Assembly (NCBI GenBank): GCA_965197475.1
Contig: CBDANF010000002.1
Coordinates: 1,184,001 to 1,248,000, forward strand
Reading direction: 5' to 3'
Source: Candidatus Poribacteria bacterium
GTDB lineage: Bacteria; Poribacteria; WGA-4E; WGA-3G
Length of the DNA: 64,000 bases
Shown here: in pieces, positions 50,963 to 61,123 of the stretch
How the letters are laid out: each line of letters begins with the position of its first letter
Position numbering within the stretch: the first letter of the stretch is position 1
Made by a program: the position numbers and the translations under genes
Notes under the pieces: model-generated
What the model was told of the DNA's origin: nothing
The model's database searches: none
Seen by the model: the letters and a program-made list of their open reading frames with translations, nothing else

Positions 50963-51826
50963 ATGCTTGATGAACGCCATCTCCAGCATCAAATTACTGA
51001 TGAACAACTGTGCGCGTTAAATGCAGATGGGTATTTTATCGTTGAAGACGCACTTCCCTTAGACCTCGTAACCCTACTGGAACAGCGAGTTGACGCTATC
51101 TATCAAGTTCATTTAGATGCTGAATATGACCCCTACACGAAAAAACGGATGACACCGCACGACAATTTTTTCTATCCGAATTTTCTTGGTAAAGACCAAC
51201 TTTTTATCAACGTTTTGGACTGGTATAAAACCTTTCCAAAGGTATGGAGCATTCTGGGATGGAATATCTACTCTTATCATAGTCATTTTATCATCACGCC
51301 ACCCCGACCAACATCAGTGCGTGGTAAAACGTCACCGCTCGGTTGGCATCAAGATAGTGGTCGCGTGAACATTGAAATTGAGAGTTCGCCTCGACCACGT
51401 TTATCTATCAAAGTTGTCTACTGGCTGTCGGACTGCTCAGAGAAAGGGCGCGGGAATTTCTATGTTATTCCAGGGAGCCATTTGTGGGATACATTTGAGA
51501 GACCGAAAGACGGTTCGATTCCCGATGGCGCAACGCCTGTTTGTTGTAAGCTTGGGGATGCAGTCTTTTTTGACCGCCGTATCTGGCATGCACGCAGTCA
51601 AAACGACTCTAATGTCACGCGAAAAGGGCTTTTTTACGGGTACGGTTATAGATGGTTACGCAGCAAAGACGATATGACAATTCCTTCAGAGATTTTTGAG
51701 CAGAATGACCCGATTCGTCAACAACTTCTTGGTGGCGGCACGAATGCGAATGGTCACTTTTCTCCGAAGGATGTTGACGTTCCATTGAAGGTGTGGCTTG
51801 AAGAGAAAGGTGTTATTTCAACATAA
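50963..51826 (+). CDS. Phytanoyl-CoA dioxygenase (PhyH) family
   Basis: WHQD, VIPGSH, GDAVFF...WHA. Confidence 0.9.
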   Translation: MLDERHLQHQITDEQLCALNADGYFIVEDALPLDLVTLLEQRVDAIYQVHLDAEYDPYTKKRMTPHDNFFYPNFLGKDQLFINVLDWYKTFPKVWSILGWNIYSYHSHFIITPPRPTSVRGKTSPLGWHQDSGRVNIEIESSPRPRLSIKVVYWLSDCSEKGRGNFYVIPGSHLWDTFERPKDGSIPDGATPVCCKLGDAVFFDRRIWHARSQNDSNVTRKGLFYGYGYRWLRSKDDMTIPSEIFEQNDPIRQQLLGGGTNANGHFSPKDVDVPLKVWLEEKGVIST

Positions 51827-51830
51827 TACC

Positions 51831-51859
51831 TTGACATTTCGTCAAATCTGTGGTATGTT
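51831..51859 (+). promoter_or_regulatory. Promoter candidate
   Basis: TTGACA-N17-TATGTT with TG. Confidence 0.55.
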
Positions 51860-52120
51860 ATAATCGCATCGTGGGTGGAAGGGGACACCAGCCCCTATCC
51901 ATGATGTATTGCACAAAACAACATGGTAGCAGGCACGCTCCGCGTGCCGTCCGCCGCGCATTTGATGTTGATTTAGATTTCTTGTGGGACAGAACTTTGT
52001 AAGCCCGATAGTTGTCTGAACCTCGGATTATACGGATTTTGCAGATTGCACGGATTTTTTGTTGGGTTTCGCAAGCTCTACCCAACCTACGGACTTGTCA
52101 ACATTATTCAGGAGGTTAAT

Positions 52121-52885
52121 ATGAACAAATTTGCGAAAAAGGAGTTATTAGAAAAAATATCCAGCATTTTCTTGCTATGTTTGTTAGTTGCTTCATGTGA
52201 TTCGCTATACCCATTAATTCCAGATGAACTTGAGGACAAACCCATCTATCTTGATGGACAGGAGCTGAGTTATACCATAACAGATGATGGTATTTACTTA
52301 GAAACGTCTAAAGTCAATGATCCGCTCACACCGCTTCTAAAACTCTTAAGTAATGAAGAGAAGTCGAAAGGCCAACTTCTCTATGGAACTCTTGAGAGTG
52401 TTGATCATATTTACGATGGGGATACAATTGGGAGAACAATCGGCGGTGTATTTCATGGTGTCTCTGTGAAGATCTATCCAGAGTGTGATCTTGCGGAATC
52501 TGAGACTAACACGCTTTGGTTAGGTGTTGAATGCCGTGAGGATGGAATTTTCACTGTGACAAAAATCAGGATATCCGGAATTGACGCGCCTGAAAAATAT
52601 CCAAAGACGGCAGGACGCACTGAAGAATCTCTGAACAGAGAAAAAGCACGAGCTGCGGCTGCATTAGAATTTCTTAAATCGTTGATTCTTAAATACAACG
52701 AAGATGGAAAAGAAATAGGATTTGCGATTAGAATTATCGACAACTCCAAATATGGAGACACTCTTGCAGATGTCATTCTCTTCAATGATGAAATGTATGT
52801 TGATGTTGCTACCGAAATGATAAAAAATGGACACGCCGTGTCCTACGATGGCGGAACAAAAACACACGATTGGGGCGCGGAGTGA
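52121..52885 (+). CDS. Thermonuclease (SNase-like) lipoprotein
   Basis: Lipobox VASC; YDGDT, IRISGIDAPE, KYG, GHAVSYDGG. Confidence 0.8.
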   Translation: MNKFAKKELLEKISSIFLLCLLVASCDSLYPLIPDELEDKPIYLDGQELSYTITDDGIYLETSKVNDPLTPLLKLLSNEEKSKGQLLYGTLESVDHIYDGDTIGRTIGGVFHGVSVKIYPECDLAESETNTLWLGVECREDGIFTVTKIRISGIDAPEKYPKTAGRTEESLNREKARAAAALEFLKSLILKYNEDGKEIGFAIRIIDNSKYGDTLADVILFNDEMYVDVATEMIKNGHAVSYDGGTKTHDWGAE

Positions 52886-52919
52886 CGGTTCACATCCTTT
52901 TAATCGAACCTGTATATAA

Positions 52920-53765
52920 TAGACATTATAATGATTTAAATAACAGGAGTTTCATAACGCCAGGGTCTGAAGTTTAGGCGAAAATTGTGTAAACCACAAT
53001 AGGTTTCCATAACTAAATCACAAAACCCTTTCTTCCAATTCCTGAGTTTATCTTTGACAATGCGGCATCTTTTGACACCACTAATCGCATGTTCAACGCG
53101 TATGCGTATAGACGCTATCTTTCTATTGTTTTCTTTTTCTTCATTCGTCCGTTCTCTACCTCTCGGTTTTTTCTTCGGTTGAATGATGTTTATATCCGGG
53201 AGAACGAAACCCTGAAAACCGGTATCTTGGGACAATGTGCTACCCTGTGGCACACAATAGCCCACCATATCGGCTATGTGTTTGTCATGATATCTCCCTT
53301 CAAAGAAGGTGTCAATAGGACAACTTTGCAGGTCTCATTGATAATCAAATTATTTTTCACTGTATGACATTTCTTTTTACCACTATAATAACCCTTTTGA
53401 GTTTGTGGGTCTTTGGGGCATCGTATCGGGCGTTCGGTGCTATCATGAAAAAAATGTTCTCCTTCTTGATTTTGAGTTGATACTTTTGATGGAGCACATA
53501 TAGGGGCGGGGTCTGTTTCCCGAGATGGCAACTCTCCAAGTTTTGCTAATGCTTTGTTCAATATTGATAAAAGCAAGTGAATCCATCTATTAGCAAGAGG
53601 TTGAGACATACCAAAGAGCGCACCCAATAGAACTTGTTTCGGAGCATCACGCAGGTAAATCAAGATAAATAGCAACATATCTTCATGGCAAGCAAAACGA
53701 CTATTTTTATAGGGTTTATATCTCCGATTTTTGCGTGGTTTGCCATCAAGGGTATGTGTTCGCAT
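52920..53765 (-). pseudogene. 5'-truncated, frameshifted IS5/ISL2-type transposase copy
   Basis: Highly similar to 53786-54620; 1-nt deletion near 53302; keeps one IR (TAGACATTATAA). Confidence 0.85.
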
Positions 53766-53769
53766 ATAT

Positions 53770-54812
53770 TAGACATTATAATGATTTAAATAACAGGAGT
53801 TTCATAACGCCAGGGTCTAAAGTTTAGTCGGAAGTTGTGTAAACCACAACAAGTTTCCATAACTAAATCACAAAACCCTTTCTTCCAATTCCTGAGTTTA
53901 TCTTTGACAATGCGGCATCTTTTGACACCACTAATCGCATGTTCAACGCGTATGCGTATAGACGCTATCTTTCTATTGTTTTCTTTTTCTTCATTCGTCC
54001 GTTCTCTACCTCTCGGTTTTTTCTTCGGTTGAATGATGTTTATATCCGGGAGAACGAAACCCTGAAAACCGGTATCTTGGGACAATGTGCTACCCTGTGG
54101 CACACAATAGCCCACCATATCGGCTATGTGTTTGTCATGGTGTCTTCCTTCAAAAGAAGGTGTCAATAGGACGACTTTGCAGGCCTCATTGATAATCAGA
54201 TTATTTTTCACTGTATGGCATTTCTTTTTACCACTATAATACGCCTTTTGAGTTGATGGGTCTTTTGGGCGTCGTATAGGGCGTTCGGTGCTATCATGAA
54301 AAAAATGTTCTCCTTCTTGATTTTGAGTTGATACTTTTGATGGAGCACATATAGGGGCGGGGTCTGTTTCCCGAGATGGCAACTCTCCAAGTTCTGCTAA
54401 TGCTTTGTTCAATATCGATAAAAGCAAGTGAATCCATCTATTAGCAAGAGGTTGAGACATGCCAAAGAGCGCACCGAATAGCACTTGTTTCGGTGCTTCA
54501 CGAAGGTAAATCAGTATAAATAGCAACATATCTTCAGGTGTATCAAAACGACTATTTTTATACGGTTTATATCTCCGTTTTTTGCGCGGTTTTCCTGCAA
54601 GGGTATGTGTTTGAACATACTCTAAAAAACATTTAGTAAAATAAGGTGATAGTTCAGTCCAATCTTCTAAGGTATATCCGGTGAGGGACAGGAGCGTATC
54701 AGGTTTGTCCCTTAGTTCTTGAAAACTTATCATGAGTTAGCCTCCTATTGTCCGATTGTAATAAGTATAATAGAGACTAACCAAACGGACAACTAATTAG
54801 TTATAATGTCTA
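53770..54812 (-). mobile_element. IS5-family (ISL2-like) IS; transposase 53786-54733
   Basis: IRs TAGACATTATAA; DSTERP, YYSGKKKCH, QDTGFQG, RIRVEHAI. Confidence 0.85.
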
Positions 54813-54846
54813 ATATGATACAACCACTATGTTAGTTAAATGTCAA

Positions 54847-54936
54847 ATGCGAAATAAAATCAACAAACTATATTTCGGCGACAATCTTGAAGTCATGCGC
54901 GAAATAGGCAGGCACAGGTACCCGCCCCTACAATGA
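54847..54936 (+). pseudogene. N-terminal remnant of a DNA methyltransferase
   Basis: NKLYFGDNLEVMRE, then breaks into REP-like sequence. Confidence 0.5.
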
Positions 54937-55089
54937 TATGGAAAAATGTATCGGGATTGAAAACCCTTTCCCACAAGAAGGGGTTGCCCCTCACAACAAG
55001 GATTCGGTGCGGTTAGGAAACCGCACTTACCAAGAAGTATTCACATATTTTCAGATTTTACGATAACCAAATTTTAGAGGTATAAAAAA

Positions 55090-56106
55090 ATGTTTCAAAA
55101 CCTATCTATTCGATGTGTTGGAGTCGTATTGTTAATAACAGTACTTTTGATTCCAGCAGCTATAGCGGAGAAAGAAGTGGAAAAACCAAAAGAACTTACA
55201 GTTGGAATGATCGCACCAAGTTTTACATTAAAAGATGAGACAGCCAAAGACAGAAATCTCAGTGAATTCTTGGGCAAGAAGAACGTTGTGCTTGCCTTTT
55301 ATCCGAAAGATTTTACCGGTGGCTGAACAGCTGAACTTCAGTCGCTCCGGGAAAAATTGAGTGACATAGAGAAAACAGAAGCTGTCCTATTTGGTGTCAG
55401 TGTGGACAATGTTGAATCGCATAAAAGGTTCAAGGCGGAACAGCAGTTTGGATTTTCACTATTAGCAGATACTGAGTTTGAGGTCAGCAAGCAATACAGC
55501 GGCATTATGGAGAGGTTCAACGCTTCCAGACGCACTACCTTCATTATTGATAAGGCTGGATATATACGTGCGATTGATAAAAAAGTTAAAGTACAAACGC
55601 ATGGTGATGACGTTGTTAAACTGCTCAAGGAAGTACTTCCTAAAATAAAAGTTGGGCAGCCTGCTCCCGATTTTATCGCTAAGGATGTCGCGGGAAAAAC
55701 GCATAAACTCAGCAAGTTGCGTGAAAAAAAGAACGTGGTTTTAGCATTTTACCCACGTGATTTTGGGCGTGGCTGAACGGTTGAAGTTTGCTCGCTCCGT
55801 GATGAGGCGAGTAGTTTTACTGAACACGATGTCCAAGTTTTTGGGATTACTGTCAATGATGCAAAATCGCATCAGAAATTTACGGAAGAAAATGAGTTGA
55901 ACTTTCCACTTTTAGTGGATACTGAGAAAAATCTTGCCTTACTCTTTGGTGCTGCAAAAAAACCAGAAGACGAACGGTTCAAGCGGTTGACAATTGTTAT
56001 TGATAAAGCAGGAAAGATTGTGAAAATTGACAAAGAGGTTAACGCAAGCACACACGGGTCAGATTTAGTGGGATTTTTCAAAACCCCTGTTACGCCGAAA
56101 AAATAA
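55090..56106 (+). CDS. Exported two-domain peroxiredoxin (BCP/PrxQ-like) selenoprotein, 2 Sec
   Basis: Three ORF-track pieces form one frame; TGA at 55324 (FYPKDFTGGU) and 55774 (FYPRDFGRGU) occupy peroxidatic positions; hairpins follow both. Confidence 0.88.
55341..55365 (+). promoter_or_regulatory. SECIS-like hairpin 1
   Basis: GTCGCTC/GAGTGAC stem 14 nt after UGA. Confidence 0.6.
55791..55811 (+). promoter_or_regulatory. SECIS-like hairpin 2
   Basis: CTCGC-TC / GA-G-GCGAG stem 14 nt after UGA. Confidence 0.6.
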
Positions 56107-56109
56107 TTG

Positions 56110-56721
56110 ATGACACAAAAAACTTTTTCGGCATTTCCTGCGTGGGTCGCCTTGGGCACTTCCGTAATTTTTAGTCCGTTTATTGTGCCTATTGTGACAG
56201 CTGTGTTCGTTGTCCAAAAACATGCGAGTACAAGCCAAGACGCTATACTTTGGCTTGCTGTTGTAGGGACATTTGTAACAGTTCTACCAATATTGGTAAT
56301 CATATTGCTATTTCGGTTTTCAAAGGTGAGTAATATACATCTCCACACCAAAGAAGAACGGCTAATCCCGCTCTGTTTCACACTAGTCAGCATGATCTTG
56401 GGTACTATTATTCTCTATAAGATTGAGGCAAATCAAAGAATTATTTGGGTGTGCCAAGCATATATCGTTAACAGTGTGGTGTTTTCGGCTATAACACCAT
56501 TATGGAAAATTAGTTTCCATACCAGTGTTGCCACAGGCTGTATTATTGTTTTAGTTTTACTTGTTAATTTGAATTTGATGTGGCTTTTTCTTCTTATTCC
56601 GCTAATCGCATGGGCACGAATTTACCGGGAACGGCACACACTTCTTCAAGCTGTCGCTGGAACACTATTAGCAGCTGTGAACACGATGCTCTTTTCACAT
56701 TTTCTACCGCCTTCAGGTTAA
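56110..56721 (+). CDS. PAP2-like membrane protein
   Basis: Multiple TMs; WKISFH, WARI...HT. Confidence 0.7.
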   Translation: MTQKTFSAFPAWVALGTSVIFSPFIVPIVTAVFVVQKHASTSQDAILWLAVVGTFVTVLPILVIILLFRFSKVSNIHLHTKEERLIPLCFTLVSMILGTIILYKIEANQRIIWVCQAYIVNSVVFSAITPLWKISFHTSVATGCIIVLVLLVNLNLMWLFLLIPLIAWARIYRERHTLLQAVAGTLLAAVNTMLFSHFLPPSG

Positions 56722-56800
56722 GGCGAAATAAAATGATCCTGCGGGTAGGAGTGCTTTGTACGCGCGCTGATCAACGATGTTTCTTTAATTGTAAAATGGA

Positions 56801-57601
56801 CTATAAATGACGTTCTAAAACGGGTAGATTATCCCAATCGCATTGCAAGCAGAAATAGCTGTCATTAATGCGTCTCACTTCGCCTTTACATTCAGGACAG
56901 TTCGTAAGCTGTTCGGGTTTGACCGGTTCCATTTCAGAGGAAGATGGGAACATCAACAACTGTTCTATTGGTATAACACTTTCCCGAGTGACGATATCTT
57001 GTTGCACAACTTCAATTACTTCTTGGGGGTTTAGATGGAGGGGAGGTGGCGCGTTGTCAGTTAGATCAATAAATTTACTCCGATAAAAACGGGTGATTTC
57101 AAAATCATTTACACGCCGCATGAATACCGTAAATTTTCCTGGCGATACCAAGTAGGCAGAAGAATCTACAATATGATGCTTCGCATTCAGCGTAAATTCA
57201 AAACCTTCATATTCAAAAATAGAATTGCCTCGGTCCATCCAAATTGTATCCGGAATTCTCTGAAACACCTCGTGTAATTCGTAAGAACGGGCAACAGAAA
57301 GTATTAAAGCGTATCGCTGATGCGGATATTGAGATAGACGTTCAATTGGAAGAAAAGATTCCGGTTCAGAAATTTGGTGGAGAAATGTCGTAAACGCTTT
57401 GTATGCCGCTTCTTTAGCTTCTCGCAAAATCGCACGATTTTCCCGTTGGAAGTTGGAGTTATCTCCTTCCGAGTCCAAAACGTTGTAATCGCTGATGTAC
57501 ATTTCAGTCTGGACATCAACATCAATAGTCCTATTTTCATTTCGTAGCAGATGAAGACGTTGAACCGGTTCTTCAACTGTTTTGATGACAAAAGGCAACA
57601 T
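56801..57601 (-). CDS. Hypothetical protein with C-terminal zinc ribbon
   Basis: CPEC...CLQC; AAGGAG upstream. Confidence 0.65.
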   Translation of the reverse strand: MLPFVIKTVEEPVQRLHLLRNENRTIDVDVQTEMYISDYNVLDSEGDNSNFQRENRAILREAKEAAYKAFTTFLHQISEPESFLPIERLSQYPHQRYALILSVARSYELHEVFQRIPDTIWMDRGNSIFEYEGFEFTLNAKHHIVDSSAYLVSPGKFTVFMRRVNDFEITRFYRSKFIDLTDNAPPPLHLNPQEVIEVVQQDIVTRESVIPIEQLLMFPSSSEMEPVKPEQLTNCPECKGEVRRINDSYFCLQCDWDNLPVLERHL

Positions 57602-57820
57602 GGCAACCCGTTTAAACTCCTTGATAGGATAGATGGGAGAATTTTAACATATTTGATGCGAATGTTCAACCAAAATTGATTCATACCCAGCGAAATTTGC
57701 TATCCTTATGGTAACGTGAGATCAAAATAAGAATTCAAATGTAGGTTGGGTAAAGCGTGGGCGAAACCTAACAGAAAATACTTTTGACAAAATATTTATA
57801 CTCCCAAATCTATATTTTAT

Positions 57821-57849
57821 TTGTATCTTCAGCGACTATGTGCTATACT
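57821..57849 (+). promoter_or_regulatory. Promoter candidate for yebC-ruv operon
   Basis: TTGTAT-N17-TATACT with TG. Confidence 0.5.
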
Positions 57850-57950
57850 ATCTTATGGTGTAATATAATTAGACATTATCAGTTGCAGTATGCCTCTGAT
57901 GGGATCGAGGCTCTATTCTGTTGAGTTGTAGTTGAGAAAGGACACAGATT

Positions 57951-58697
57951 ATGTCAGGACACTCTAGATGGTCAACGATTAAACATAAAAAAGCAGCCAT
58001 TGATTCTAAACGTGGTAAGCTTTTTTCGAAATTGGTTAAAGAAATTACTGCGGCTGCACGCCTGGGGGGTGGAGATGTAGACATGAATCCGCGCCTTCGC
58101 ACAGCAATAGCAACAGCAAAGTCAAGCAACCTTCCTAATGACAATATAGAGAAGGCTATTCTTCGTGGCACTGGCGAACTTGAAGGTGCTTCTTTAGAAG
58201 AAATCGTTTATGAAGGATACGGTCCCGGCGGTGTCGCGCTGATGATAGAGGTGATAACAGACAACCGTAATCGTGCTGTCGCTGACATTCGACATGCGCT
58301 CGGTAGGTTTGATGGTAGAATCGGCGATCGCGGATGCGTGGCGTGGGGATTTGATAGATGCGGACTCATTGTTGTTGATGCGGATAGCATTGATGAAGAA
58401 GAGTTGTTTATGGTTGTGGCAGATGCGGGGGCTGAAGATTTAACACCATTGGAAAACGCTATTGAAATCATTACACCGTTTGAACAGTTTGATACCGTCG
58501 TTACTGCTATTCAATCCACCGATGCAGTCATTCAATTAGCGGAAATTAGCATGATTCCTCAAAATACGGTTAAACTTGAAGGCAAACAGGCAGAACGCAT
58601 GCTTCGGCTTATGGAAACTCTGGATGAACTGGATGATGTGCAAAAAGTTTACGCTAACTTTGACATTCCAGACGATATTCTCAAAGCAGCAGCGTGA
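57951..58697 (+). CDS. yebC: YebC/PmpR family protein
   Basis: MSGHSRWSTIKHKK, YEGYGPGG. Confidence 0.95.
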   Translation: MSGHSRWSTIKHKKAAIDSKRGKLFSKLVKEITAAARLGGGDVDMNPRLRTAIATAKSSNLPNDNIEKAILRGTGELEGASLEEIVYEGYGPGGVALMIEVITDNRNRAVADIRHALGRFDGRIGDRGCVAWGFDRCGLIVVDADSIDEEELFMVVADAGAEDLTPLENAIEIITPFEQFDTVVTAIQSTDAVIQLAEISMIPQNTVKLEGKQAERMLRLMETLDELDDVQKVYANFDIPDDILKAAA

Positions 58698-58716
58698 TTA
58701 CAGGGACATATTGTTA

Positions 58717-59235
58717 ATGATTATCCTTGGGATTGACCCTGGCATTGCGAACATAGGTTATGGAATCGTCCAGTCTAACACAAAAGGTGCTCAACCGCTA
58801 CACTTCGGAAATATCAAAACCAGCCCCAAAAACGCATCAGAGGAACGTCTAAAATTAATATATGATACTATCACTGATCTCATTGCACAGTTTGACGTAG
58901 AAGCAGTTGTGATTGAAGATATTTTCTTCAGCAAAAACGTGAGCAGTGCTTTTGTTGTCGGCGAAGTGAAAGGCATTATCAAATTAGCAGCGGCGAACAA
59001 CAGTGCTTCTGTGGCAACCTATACACCATTACAAGTAAAACAAGCTGTTGTCGGATATGGAAAAGCGACAAAAATTCAGGTTCAAAGGATGGTACAGGCA
59101 TTACTAAAACTGAAAGAATTGCCACAACCTGACCACGCAGCCGATGCCTTAGCATTAGCAATTTGTCACGCGCGTTCCCACAAAATGATCCAACTGCAAC
59201 AAAAATATGAAAAAGTAAATGTCACTAAACGCTGA
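58717..59235 (+). CDS. ruvC: Holliday junction resolvase
   Basis: ILGIDPG, VGYGKATK, DHAADALA. Confidence 0.95.
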   Translation: MIILGIDPGIANIGYGIVQSNTKGAQPLHFGNIKTSPKNASEERLKLIYDTITDLIAQFDVEAVVIEDIFFSKNVSSAFVVGEVKGIIKLAAANNSASVATYTPLQVKQAVVGYGKATKIQVQRMVQALLKLKELPQPDHAADALALAICHARSHKMIQLQQKYEKVNVTKR

Positions 59236-59252
59236 AAGGAAAACGCATCAGC

Positions 59253-59849
59253 ATGATTGCTCATCTAAAAGGAACGCTTACCTATAAAGATACCAAAGCG
59301 GTTGTCGTAGATGTAAACGGGATCGGCTATTTAGTTGAAGTTCCGGAACGAACAATCAACGGATTACCTGCTATCGGCGAACCTATTACGTTTTATACCT
59401 ATTATAGCCAAAATAGAGAGAATGAAATAAAACTTTACGGATTCACTTCACGAGACGTACTTAAAATGTTTGAATTGGCACTCACCGTCAAAAGCGTTGG
59501 TCCTTCGCTTGGGCAAAATATCTTTACAATACTATCACCTTCACAATTCCAACAAGCTGTCCTAAAAGAGGATATGGCAACTTTAATGCGTGTCCCCCGG
59601 TTGGGGAAAGAAATCGCGCAGCTTATCATCTTAAAACTGAAAAAAAACATCGCCAAAATCAAATTAGAAGAAAAAGTCGACATCAGCGGCGTAGGATCAA
59701 CGCATCAAGAAGTTATTAATGTACTTGTTAATCTTGGAGCATCAGAACTTGAGGCTGAACAAGCAGTAGAAAAGGCGCAAGATTCTCTCGGTGAGAATGC
59801 TGAACGTGATGCTCTGGTGAAGGAAGCACTCCGATATATCCGAAATTAA
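59253..59849 (+). CDS. ruvA: Holliday junction branch migration protein
   Basis: MIAHLKG, VNGIGY, LYGF; lies between ruvC and ruvB. Confidence 0.92.
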   Translation: MIAHLKGTLTYKDTKAVVVDVNGIGYLVEVPERTINGLPAIGEPITFYTYYSQNRENEIKLYGFTSRDVLKMFELALTVKSVGPSLGQNIFTILSPSQFQQAVLKEDMATLMRVPRLGKEIAQLIILKLKKNIAKIKLEEKVDISGVGSTHQEVINVLVNLGASELEAEQAVEKAQDSLGENAERDALVKEALRYIRN

Positions 59850-59945
59850 TCTTTTTATTATTGCAGACAATGTGAATTTTGCTAAAATGCAAAACACACT
59901 TTAAAAGCGAAACTGTTATGAACATCCTTGTGTTAGGACAACAAA

Positions 59946-60986
59946 ATGGATAAATTTGATATTCATGATAATAGTGAAGATGATTTCGGATACAGTCTCC
60001 GTCCGGAAACTTTAGATGAATTTATCGGACAAGAAAAAGCCAAAGAACAACTTCGTATCCACATTGATGCTGTAAAAAGTAGACGTGCTGCAAAAAGTAA
60101 GCGTACTGGAAAAAGTAAGGATTATGTGTTAGAACATGTCCTCCTCGTAGGTCCCCCGGGACTGGGCAAAACTACACTTGCCAAAATCATCGCTAACGAA
60201 TTTGGAACAAATTTCAAACAGACAATCGGTCCTGCCCTGGAACGTCTTGACCTCGCCTCTACATTGACCAATCTTGAAGAAGGTGATATTCTATTTATTG
60301 ACGAAATCCACCGAATGAAAAGGATAAGTCAAGAGTCACTTTACCCTGTCCTTGAAGAATTTGAACTCGATTTAGCTATTGGTCAAGGCCCCGGCTCAGA
60401 TGTTGTGCAAGTTGACATTGAGCCTTTTACCCTTGTGGGGGCAACAACGCGTGAAGGTTTGCTTGAAGGGCCTTTTCGCACCAGAATCGGAATCTATATA
60501 CATCTTGATTACTACACGCCTGAAGATATCCAACAAGTCATCCGTATCAATAGCGCAAAACTCAACATTGAAATAGAAGAAGATGCAGAATACGCTTTAG
60601 CACTGCGCGCACGCGGTACTATGCGAATTGCAAATAAGCTGCTGGCTAACGTCAGAGACTATGCACAAGTTAAGAGCGGTGGCGTTTTGACGCTTGATGT
60701 TGTAGAGGAAGCACTGGAATTCTTCGGTATTGATGAAAAAGGTTTAAACGCGCAAGACTACGCGTATTTCCGTGCCCTAATTGAGAATTTCAAAGGTCGC
60801 GCGGGGTTAAAAGCACTCGCTGTGGCACTCAGTGAAGATGAGCGAACTATCTCTGAAGTTTATGAGCCACACTATATTAAAGAAGGATTCCTGATGCTTA
60901 CACCGAGTGGGCGCGTTGCAACTGAAGCAGCTTATAAATATTTCGGATACCCAACTCACAATCAACCGACACTTTTTGACGTATAA
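59946..60986 (+). CDS. ruvB: Holliday junction ATPase
   Basis: LRP..L.EFIGQ, GPPGLGKTTLA, FIDEIHR, FTLVGATTR. Confidence 0.95.
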   Translation: MDKFDIHDNSEDDFGYSLRPETLDEFIGQEKAKEQLRIHIDAVKSRRAAKSKRTGKSKDYVLEHVLLVGPPGLGKTTLAKIIANEFGTNFKQTIGPALERLDLASTLTNLEEGDILFIDEIHRMKRISQESLYPVLEEFELDLAIGQGPGSDVVQVDIEPFTLVGATTREGLLEGPFRTRIGIYIHLDYYTPEDIQQVIRINSAKLNIEIEEDAEYALALRARGTMRIANKLLANVRDYAQVKSGGVLTLDVVEEALEFFGIDEKGLNAQDYAYFRALIENFKGRAGLKALAVALSEDERTISEVYEPHYIKEGFLMLTPSGRVATEAAYKYFGYPTHNQPTLFDV

Positions 60987-61025
60987 TCTGTCTTTCAGCA
61001 ACACCGAAATCAGTGAAACCTTTTT

Positions 61026-61052
61026 GTAGGCGCGGTTTTGAACCGCGCCTAC
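61026..61052. repeat. GTAG-type REP-like palindrome (related copies near 12283-12413, 14769, 15053, 32401, 45164, 46806, 51925, 52061, 55005, 57741)
   Basis: GTAGGCGCGGTT-TTG-AACCGCGCCTAC; several GTAG-led palindrome families recur in intergenic DNA. Confidence 0.7.
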
Positions 61053-61123
61053 TGAAGCTTAAAAATATTATAAATTTATCTGTTTCATTTCAAACGAACC
61101 TTTAGTTTTCAAACAATGAAGAT

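Noticed and set aside
55324-55776. Genome-wide UGA reassignment or pseudogene
   Set aside because: rho, yebC and ruvC end normally at TGA; both TGAs fall on the catalytic Cys position
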